Notes under the pieces: model-generated
Database searches by the model: none
Seen by the model: only the letters and a program-made list of their open reading frames with translations
Told to the model about the DNA's origin: nothing
Shown: positions 1 through 6,581 of the stretch, in pieces
How the letters are laid out: every line of letters starts with the position of its first letter
Numbering within the stretch: position 1 is the stretch's first letter
NCBI GenBank assembly: GCA_048882325.1
Contig: JBHLRS010000041.1
Location: 1 to 28,448, forward strand
Origin: Candidatus Thorarchaeota archaeon
GTDB lineage: Archaea; Asgardarchaeota; Thorarchaeia; Thorarchaeales; Thorarchaeaceae
DNA: 28,448 nt
Reading direction: 5' to 3'
Position numbers and translations under genes: made by a program

Positions 1-474
1 CTCGATGATGTAGAAAACTCAATGACTGAGGAACAAGCTTCAAGTGGAACAATAAGTGAGTCGCAAGGGACAGCAATCACGATAGGAATGGCTCTAATGG
101 CAATGGCACTCCTATTAGCTGTAGTTTGGAATATAGTATCGATCAGTACAAGTGAACGAACTCCTGAGCTAGCACAGCTGGAAGCAATTGGTTGGTCGCG
201 GAACTCACTCTCAAAGCTGTTGTTCCTTGAGGTCCTCATTGTAAGTCTATTTGGGACAATCCTCTCTATTCCAATTGGTCTTTTCTTCACTCAGCTCCTG
301 AATGACTTCATGAAAACATACATCCCCTTCTATACACCCATTGTTGATGTGACGGTCTTTCTTAGTGTAGGTGTCCTAACTTTCTTCACAGCCTTCCTTG
401 CAACTCTACCAGCTGTTCGTAGACTGAGAAGAATCAACATTGATAGAGTAATCAGAGACAGACTAATGACCTAG
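1..474 (+). CDS. ABC transporter permease (FtsX/MacB-like), C-terminal part; 5' truncated by window
   Basis: Frame is open from base 1. Motif 'SISTSERTPELAQLEAIGWS..L..L.FLE' matches the FtsX-family ER.E...L.A.G signature, followed by TM helices and 'LPAVRRLRRI'. Confidence 0.85.
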   Translation, partial: LDDVENSMTEEQASSGTISESQGTAITIGMALMAMALLLAVVWNIVSISTSERTPELAQLEAIGWSRNSLSKLLFLEVLIVSLFGTILSIPIGLFFTQLLNDFMKTYIPFYTPIVDVTVFLSVGVLTFFTAFLATLPAVRRLRRINIDRVIRDRLMT

Positions 475-506
475 AATTGAGGTCCATTATCTGATAATCT
501 GATTCC

Positions 507-539
507 AAAAAAAAATAGATAGGGAGAGCCAGAGGCTCT
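507..539 (-). terminator. Hairpin plus oligo-T terminator of the 538..1671 gene
   Basis: On the minus strand, AGAGCC-tct-GGCTCT (525-539) is followed by a T9 run (A9 at 507-515 on +). Confidence 0.55.
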
Positions 540-1671
540 ACCTTCCACGTCTAACAATCACAACAATTACAACTACAACTAGAAGTCCACCAACAACAGC
601 ACCAATTAGAAGTGTTTGATCTATACCCGGTGGCGGCGTTGTTGGAGTTGTTGGAGTTGTTGAAGTAGTTGAGCCTGTTGAAGCTGTAGGAGATGATGTT
701 TGAGCAGCAGGGATACTCAATTGGAATGTGCTGGGAGTTGAACCACCAGCAATAAAGTGGTTGAAGTCTCCTGAGTTATTATGAACAGCAAGATAAAATG
801 GCGTCGAACTACCAGCTATAAAGGCAACATCATCATCAGTGTTTCCCGTGTCCAACGCTCGCTTGAGCTCAACATTCCATGCTGTACCGTTATGGATTGA
901 TTCTGCAGCAACATCTCCACGGCTGCCTGTTGGTTTCACTGACCTGTATCCATTGATGAAGTCACCTACTGGTGTTGCGTTTACTCCAGCAGTCCAGGTG
1001 ATTTCCACTCCATTGTTATCCCAAAATGGGCGGTCTTGGTCACTAAATGCAGCAACAAGTGTGCTGTTCCCAAGAGCAGTTGTGATGACCGAGGAATTCT
1101 CAGCTTGAGCTACGACTGAGTTATCTGAGTAACCGCCAGCACTCTTTGCGTCTGATTGCCTTCCTGTGCCATTCCAATACTTATCGTCAGCCCACCCTTC
1201 TGCTGCAGTTGCTGTGCGAGCTGCTTTCCAATGCCATACATCAAAGAGCATTGGATCAGTAGTACCTGGATTGTGACCACATACTATACTTGAACCTAAA
1301 CTCCAAGCAATATCAAGGCGATCTTCATTACCACCCACATTACTCCAATATGACCCATTGTAAGACCATCCCTTTCTCGTGTTGTCCATTGAGCTATCAT
1401 TCCATGCTGCAAAGATGTAGATGTTATTATCATCAACGAGAGCTCTTAAAACCACGTTTATTCCAGAACCATCAATGTTTGGAATAATTAGCGACCCTGC
1501 GCCATCCCATGCTGATTCGATGAGTTGGCCATCAATAGTGATGGTATCAGTGGTGTAGCTTGATTGCAGTGTTACACCGTCTGCAAGTGCAATAACGTTC
1601 TGAGACGCAAAAAACACAGTAACCATGAATCCCATCACTGCTAGTAGACTGATTAGTTTCTTTGTCTTCAA
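538..1671 (-). CDS. Secreted, C-terminally membrane-anchored DOMON-like / ethylbenzene dehydrogenase gamma-subunit-related (putative heme b-binding) protein
   Basis: N-terminal signal peptide (KTKKLISLLAV...). Motifs 'IDGQL.E..W', 'IYIFAAW.D', 'EDR..I.W', 'DVWHWKAART', 'GSRGDV', 'W.VELKRAL.TG..DDV.F'. Thr/Pro linker, then TM helix and RRGR. Start placed at TTG 1671 behind GTGAGG; the ORF track start at 1752 is probably too long. Confidence 0.7.
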   Translation of the reverse strand: MKTKKLISLLAVMGFMVTVFFASQNVIALADGVTLQSSYTTDTITIDGQLIESAWDGAGSLIIPNIDGSGINVVLRALVDDNNIYIFAAWNDSSMDNTRKGWSYNGSYWSNVGGNEDRLDIAWSLGSSIVCGHNPGTTDPMLFDVWHWKAARTATAAEGWADDKYWNGTGRQSDAKSAGGYSDNSVVAQAENSSVITTALGNSTLVAAFSDQDRPFWDNNGVEITWTAGVNATPVGDFINGYRSVKPTGSRGDVAAESIHNGTAWNVELKRALDTGNTDDDVAFIAGSSTPFYLAVHNNSGDFNHFIAGGSTPSTFQLSIPAAQTSSPTASTGSTTSTTPTTPTTPPPGIDQTLLIGAVVGGLLVVVVIVVIVRRGR

Positions 1672-1760
1672 ATGTATGAACCTCACTTTTCCCAGCGAAT
1701 ACATTTCCGCAGTGTTCATTGCATGTATGTTGTGATTATAAGCTACTAGCAAAACGTGAG

Positions 1761-1781
1761 TATAGTACTAAAGTTACTATA
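1761..1781. promoter_or_regulatory. Inverted repeat TATAGTA-N7-TACTATA, candidate operator
   Basis: Perfect 7-bp inverted repeat upstream of the DOMON-like gene. A related AGTATA-N12-TATACT lies at about 1956-1978. Confidence 0.35.
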
Positions 1782-1814
1782 GTAAAACTATTCGTGATTA
1801 AAAATGGAAAGTGT

Positions 1815-1856
1815 GAGGAAGCATGACCAGTGCTTCCTCTGTAACGGTGTACTACA
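1815..1856 (-). repeat. Copy 1 of hairpin + GGTGTACTACA element
   Basis: GAGGAAGCA-N7-TGCTTCCTC-N6-GGTGTACTACA on +. On the minus strand the hairpin is followed by ACACTTTCCATTTTT, which is terminator-like. Confidence 0.55.
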
Positions 1857-1985
1857 TTACATTTTTCTTTCGCTCGAGGAGAGTGCCAACAATGACATCC
1901 TTCTCAATTCAGAATAAACGTCTGAAATTGAATATAAACACCTATCACCAAATCAGTATAGTCAATTTCTGATATACTAAGATTT

Positions 1986-2846
1986 TCAGACAGTTCCTTT
2001 TCCTAATAGTAATGTGATATGGACAATCCTTCTTTCCTCTATCTTCTTGAAGAAGCCATTCATCTTTGCTTTAAGAATCTCTGAACTCAGTGATCCATCG
2101 CTTTCCACTCGTGGGTGCTCTCGCTGTTCTACGAACTCTCCAATATCAAGAGGGTCTTCATATGTAGTAATAGTTGCTGTCGGCGTTACAATAGCTAGAA
2201 CACCATCTTTCGATAAGACACGTCGCCATTCTGATAAACAATCATCCAAGCAATCATTCTTGATATTACCAGAGACAACTAGTAGATTTAGAAATCCATC
2301 CTTCATGGGTAAATCATCGAATGTTCCTTCAACAATCAGTACATCCTCAATTCCAAGATCCAATCCATTTGCCTGCTCAGCGATTACATATAATCTGCCC
2401 TTAGACACTTTCTTCCTTATTTGATCAATAAATCTCCTGATAGGTCCTGAGAATCTTGATCCTGCAATGCCTACATTTGAAGTAACTGCTAGTTTCTTTG
2501 TCAATGATTCTCCGATGAGACTGAAAACACTATGTTTTGGTGGAAGATTGATCAAGTATTCAGTGTAGAAATCATGCACAGTTCTAATTGCTTCCATGAG
2601 GATTTTCTCTCGTTCCTTCAATCCCTTCTTGCTAATTTTGTAGACTCGTCGTTTGGGTCCCGAGTCACTCTTCTCCCATCGATCTTTCAATAGTCCTTCG
2701 GCTTTCATCTCCGAGAGAACAGAGTATAGTCGACCAATGCCAATCTTGACATTTCTTTGTTCAAGTTGTTTATGCGCCTCATAACCATAGAATTCATTTT
2801 TACCTGTCATCTGAAGGATGGTCTTCTTGAGTTCTGGAGTACGCAT
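1986..2846 (-). CDS. PadR-family winged-helix regulator fused to a class I SAM-methyltransferase-like domain
   Basis: 'YGYE...L......IGIGRLYSVL..M..EGLL...WE.S.SGPKRRVY.I...G' is a PadR domain. C-terminal 'VEGTFDDLPMKDG..NLLV...CLSEWRRVLSKDGVL.I.TP' is Methyltransf_11-like. Start at ATG 2846 preferred over TTG 2891. Confidence 0.8.
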   Translation of the reverse strand: MRTPELKKTILQMTGKNEFYGYEAHKQLEQRNVKIGIGRLYSVLSEMKAEGLLKDRWEKSDSGPKRRVYKISKKGLKEREKILMEAIRTVHDFYTEYLINLPPKHSVFSLIGESLTKKLAVTSNVGIAGSRFSGPIRRFIDQIRKKVSKGRLYVIAEQANGLDLGIEDVLIVEGTFDDLPMKDGFLNLLVVSGNIKNDCLDDCLSEWRRVLSKDGVLAIVTPTATITTYEDPLDIGEFVEQREHPRVESDGSLSSEILKAKMNGFFKKIEERRIVHITLLLGKGTV

Positions 2847-2905
2847 TGACTTCAAATTCCCCGCATTGCACTGTGTTTTCTCTACCACCAATGATTGCAG
2901 TGGTG

Positions 2906-2949
2906 GGAGGAAACAGACGGATCTGTTTCCTCCAGGAAGGTGTACTACA
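2906..2949 (-). repeat. Copy 2 of hairpin + GGTGTACTACA element, upstream of the PadR gene
   Basis: GGAGGAAACAGA-cgga-TCTGTTTCCTC(C), with the same 6-nt spacing from TTCCTC to GGTGTACTACA as copy 1. Confidence 0.55.
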
Positions 2950-2987
2950 CTTAATTAACTTCCCAAAAATTCTTTAACCAAAAACAC

Positions 2988-3005
2988 TATTAACCATTGT
3001 TAATA
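2988..3005. promoter_or_regulatory. Palindromic operator-like site TATTAACCATTGTTAATA (1 mismatch to consensus)
   Basis: Near-identical to the perfect palindromes at 24417 and 26100. Lies between the divergent PadR and TPR genes. Confidence 0.6.
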
Positions 3006-3033
3006 CGGATAAATGAAAGAGTGAGTGATATTA

Positions 3034-3543
3034 ATGATTGACGCAGAGGAAATCGCAAACCATGCTGTGGATCTCAGAAAGGAGAAACGGTATGATGAGG
3101 CTGAATCTCTATTGAGGGATGCCCTCTCGACAGACAAAACAGCATGGCAGTTATGGAATCAACTTGGACATGTCCTAGTGGCAATAGAGAGTTTTACTGA
3201 TGCGGCAGATGCGTTTGAAAAAGCAACAAAGTTGAATCCAAATGGATTTTGGCTCTGGCTCAGTCTCGGTTACGCGAGGAAAGAAATCACGCAGATCGAT
3301 GGTGCTATTGAAGCCACTCTCAAAGCAACTGAATTGAGCACTAAACCAAATGAAATCGGTTCAGCTCTCTACAATCTAGGATGCTACAACTGCCTTGCTG
3401 GTCGGCATCACGAGGCCCTGGATTATCTTGAAAAGGCTTTCCAAAAAGATAAATCCATTAAAGAATGGGCGCTTGATGATTCGGATTTGGACTCTCTGAA
3501 AGAGAATGAACGATTTCAGCAACTTCTGAAGGATGACACGTAA
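3034..3543 (+). CDS. Tetratricopeptide repeat protein
   Basis: TPR repeats (W.QLG..L......A...F.KA..L.P) and a C-terminal 'YNLGC...L.G...EAL.YL.KA...D......A..D.DL.SL.....F..L' capping module. Start is ATG 3034 or GTG 3025. Confidence 0.85.
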   Translation: MIDAEEIANHAVDLRKEKRYDEAESLLRDALSTDKTAWQLWNQLGHVLVAIESFTDAADAFEKATKLNPNGFWLWLSLGYARKEITQIDGAIEATLKATELSTKPNEIGSALYNLGCYNCLAGRHHEALDYLEKAFQKDKSIKEWALDDSDLDSLKENERFQQLLKDDT

Positions 3544-3620
3544 AAAGAGGGAGTGAGGTCGTACGCGTGGCACGACCATTGTGGTTGGTTCTATCTCTGG
3601 AGAGATGTATGACATAGTTT

Positions 3621-3734
3621 TTACCTCTGGAAGGAGGTCCTGTAAACATCGGTCCTGACCTGTGACTTCAGTCTATGAAGCTCCTTTAGATCCGGTTCGG
3701 GCTTTACCTTTTCCCTAAGTTTTGCGAATGCCAT
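3621..3734 (-). CDS. Putative small protein, 37 aa (MAFAKLREKVKPEPDLKELHRLKSQVRTDVYRTSFQR), missed by the ORF track
   Basis: ATG 3734 to TAA 3621, preceded by GTGGTG and an A-run. Followed on the minus strand by hairpin GGTCGT-N9-ACGACC and CTCTTTTT. Fills an otherwise empty intergenic gap. Confidence 0.5.
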   Translation of the reverse strand: MAFAKLREKVKPEPDLKELHRLKSQVRTDVYRTSFQR

Positions 3735-3938
3735 TTTTTTCAAGCACCACGTTTTTGCACAGGAAATTTGGATATCTATCCGCGTGTACACGCTGGTATC
3801 ATTTCAGACCTACAACCAATTGCGATATGTAGAAATCTGAATCATAAGGTTACGAAACTTGCACTATTGGTTGAGATAGAATAGGAGAAGCTTTAATAGG
3901 TCCGGCCAGTACCACAGAATAACGGATGGGGTTCTGTT

Positions 3939-4178
3939 ATGACAGAGGAAACAGAAATTCAAGTCATCAACACCCTGAATGGGCGTAGAAATGTTGTAAT
4001 TGCATCTGACAAGAACATCACATACGGTGAGTTGGTCAGGAGTTACTCTCTTGCACCACCTGAAGTGATGTGGACAGTTCTTGATACTGATGGTAACGAT
4101 ATCACTGATCTTCCTATTGGCGAGCGTGAGTGCGTAGCTCACATCACTCCTGGTCAGGACATCGCTGGTGGGGCGTAA
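3939..4178 (+). CDS. Ubiquitin-like (beta-grasp) modifier with C-terminal GG-A
   Basis: 79 aa with a beta-beta-alpha-beta-beta pattern (EIQVIN / RNVVI / TYGELVRSY / WTVLD / VAHITP), ending DIAGGA*. First gene of an E2-E1-JAMM cluster. Confidence 0.8.
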   Translation: MTEETEIQVINTLNGRRNVVIASDKNITYGELVRSYSLAPPEVMWTVLDTDGNDITDLPIGERECVAHITPGQDIAGGA

Positions 4179-4229
4179 TCTAGCTTTCCAGCCTGCAATA
4201 CACACCTGAAAGAGAAGGGGTGAATTAGG

Positions 4230-4634
4230 ATCTGTCCTATTCACATAGAGCAACTAGAAGAGGCCAAAGAGCTATTTCCTACGCTTAAACCTGTAGCACA
4301 GTCAGGTGACTTTGTATTTGCGGTGACTGTTATTATCGATGGTGTTGTTGGAAAGGGCGACAAGTCGAAAATACCATACCACACGTTCATCGATCTCTCA
4401 AACTACCCAAACATAATGCCTGATATCTTCATTCTGAATATTGAGGATAAGGATATCAAACATGTCAATGTCTTCCATCCGAAGCTGTGTCCTAAGCTCA
4501 ACAAGGAGTATCCCTTCATGTGTTTGGGCAACCTTCGGGATGAACTTCAGAAGTACAGGCACGTCATGGCATTCCTCCAGGGAGTGAAGAGGATTTTGAA
4601 CAATGAGAATTTCAACAGTCCCGCCAGAAAGTGA
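4230..4634 (+). CDS. E2 / UBC-fold ubiquitin-like conjugating enzyme
   Basis: 'NYPNIMPDIF' (YP..PP.v), 'KHVNVF' (HPN-like), 'FMCLG' (catalytic Cys), 'ILNNENFNSPA' (LL..PN..SP/DP). The frame is open from 4224 and adds the helix 'HIEQLEEAKELFP'. Start uncertain: ATC 4230 after GGGGTGA; the ORF track uses GTG 4323. Confidence 0.8.
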   Translation: MCPIHIEQLEEAKELFPTLKPVAQSGDFVFAVTVIIDGVVGKGDKSKIPYHTFIDLSNYPNIMPDIFILNIEDKDIKHVNVFHPKLCPKLNKEYPFMCLGNLRDELQKYRHVMAFLQGVKRILNNENFNSPARK

Positions 4635-4689
4635 AGGCTTATTCTGTCCGAGGCAATCGTGATATTTAGCATGACACAACAGAGGAGAT

Positions 4690-6561
4690 GTGGTTCAAAT
4701 GGTGAAATATTCAGAACGTGTGGACCGTCAAGTGGGACTTGTGTATCAGGAACGAATTGAAGACATGCGTATCTTCATTGATGGATCGGGTCCAGTTATT
4801 GACTATCTCGTAACACACCTTGCGTTCCTGGGCTTTGGTACATCACAGGGATTCATTGCGTTCAAGAAGGATCGGAAAGTCAATGATGAGGATGTGAAGG
4901 GTCAGATTCTGTTAAAGGAAGATGACTTGGGACATCCACTCTGGGAGGCAATCAGAGACCGCGTCAAGGATGAAGTTGCTCCTGACATTAATGTCATTGG
5001 CATAGATGATTTAGAAACTTACAACTATGATGCAGTTGTAGCAACACGAAGTGCAAATAGTGAGCCCGAAGACTCTCTAATACTGCCTCAGAGTGAAACT
5101 CCAATTTGGGCTGTCTGCTCCAAGACCGCTGCATATATGGGTAACGCGAAACCGATTTTTGAACCACATAAGTTTGATGTTCTCACCCCCTCTTTAGCTG
5201 CTGTAGCAGCTGGTTTTGCTGTAACAGAAATAATGCGTCGAAACATGTTGATTCGGCCATCCGAACTGATACAGAGAGACTTGAATCTCAGGGTTGTAAT
5301 CCAGCAACGTGGAATTCTTCAGAAAGTTAGAGAGTCTCAAAAGAAGCGGGAGGGTCTCCCATTCAAGGTCAGAATGAAGATTGGCGGGGAGATGCTAAGA
5401 ACTGAGGTGGAAGAGTTCACGTCCACTACCACCCGATATGTGGGAGGAAAAGTCGAGGAAACTGTGGATGTCGACCCAGACCGAATCATTCTGAAGTGTG
5501 GCTTTCCAAGTGGGTCCTATCTCACACGAATGCTTTCTGACCAGATTGAGATTCTGGATGAAGTTGCACCTGACATGTTCAAACCAACAACTTCCCTTCT
5601 CTTTTCACCCATAGCTGAAACCCGAGTGGAGATGAAGGATGACGCCCTCTACATAATAGACAAGGACGTCGATGTTCCTACTGAGCTGAAGGACAAGACA
5701 GTCTTCTTCTTGGGCGTGGGTGGAATCGGGTCCTGGAGCACTGCATTGTTCAACCTATCTAATACTGAGACCTGTACACTGATTCTCAACGACCATGATG
5801 CAGAGGTTGAGGAACACAATCTGAATCGTCAGATTCTTTTCACACGTGAGTCCATCGGAAAACCAAAAGCTGTTGCTGCTCGCAAAAAACTGATGGAAAT
5901 CAATCCAAACAATCATGTCGTATCGTTGCCCTGGGAGACTGAGATTGGCACTGCAAACAGTATTGTGATGAAGGACTTCATGACTCTGGAGGAGTACGAA
6001 GAGAAGAAGAAGGTCGGAGCTGGAAAGACTCAGGTCGTTGATGGTATTGAGATTCCTCTAGACATCATCCGTGAAGAAGCGGTCCTCGCAGATGCTTTAG
6101 CGAAATCAGACCTACTGATATGCGGACCTGACAACATCAGAACACGATATGTTTCCACACTTCTGGGTAAACTTCTCAAGATTCCTGTCATTAGCGCTGG
6201 GGCTGAGCGTTTCGAGGGGAAGGTCGATCTATTCATGCCGGATGCTGATTGCTATGTATGCAGGTATGGCGAAGGGACTAAGGAACAGAGGGAGGTTGTC
6301 AGTTGCACGGGAAAGATTCCAATTCCCTCCATTGTTTCAACAATTGGAACCATTGGTGCCATGCAGACTGCAGTCGCCATCGCAAGCCTTGCTGAACTAG
6401 ATGCAGAAGTCACTCATTTTGTCCAATACTACCCAAGATATCAGATGTTGGCAAAGTGCGAACCTGGAAAAGACTGTAGACACAAGATGAAAGATTCCTG
6501 TCCCCAACACCTAAACTTACCACCTGAGGAGAGCACATTCGAATTCTTTCCGACCAAGTAA
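4690..6561 (+). CDS. E1 ubiquitin-like activating enzyme (ThiF/MoeB family) with N-terminal degenerate and C-terminal intact adenylation domains
   Basis: N-terminal domain: 'YSERVDRQ...RIFIDGSGPV...LAFLGFG...GQILL...DLG' (degenerate). C-terminal domain: 'VFFLGVGGIGS', 'DHDAEVEEHNLNRQILF...IGKPKA', 'ICGPDNIRTR', 'CYVC', candidate catalytic 'VSCTG', and terminal Cys/His residues. Start GTG 4690 or ATG 4699. Confidence 0.9.
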   Translation: MVQMVKYSERVDRQVGLVYQERIEDMRIFIDGSGPVIDYLVTHLAFLGFGTSQGFIAFKKDRKVNDEDVKGQILLKEDDLGHPLWEAIRDRVKDEVAPDINVIGIDDLETYNYDAVVATRSANSEPEDSLILPQSETPIWAVCSKTAAYMGNAKPIFEPHKFDVLTPSLAAVAAGFAVTEIMRRNMLIRPSELIQRDLNLRVVIQQRGILQKVRESQKKREGLPFKVRMKIGGEMLRTEVEEFTSTTTRYVGGKVEETVDVDPDRIILKCGFPSGSYLTRMLSDQIEILDEVAPDMFKPTTSLLFSPIAETRVEMKDDALYIIDKDVDVPTELKDKTVFFLGVGGIGSWSTALFNLSNTETCTLILNDHDAEVEEHNLNRQILFTRESIGKPKAVAARKKLMEINPNNHVVSLPWETEIGTANSIVMKDFMTLEEYEEKKKVGAGKTQVVDGIEIPLDIIREEAVLADALAKSDLLICGPDNIRTRYVSTLLGKLLKIPVISAGAERFEGKVDLFMPDADCYVCRYGEGTKEQREVVSCTGKIPIPSIVSTIGTIGAMQTAVAIASLAELDAEVTHFVQYYPRYQMLAKCEPGKDCRHKMKDSCPQHLNLPPEESTFEFFPTK

Positions 6562-6581
6562 TAAAACTGGAAGGGTAAAAC

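Noticed and set aside
3864-4679. Minus-strand ORFs 3864..4253 and 4398..4679
   Set aside because: They overlap the Ubl and E2 genes in antisense and have no recognisable motifs.
3939-6561. ThiS/MoaD sulfur carrier plus ThiF/MoeB for cofactor or tRNA thiolation
   Set aside because: An E2-like gene with a Cys lies between them, the E1 has no rhodanese domain, and no thiamine, molybdopterin or cysteine synthase genes are nearby. Protein conjugation fits better, although sulfur transfer is not formally excluded.
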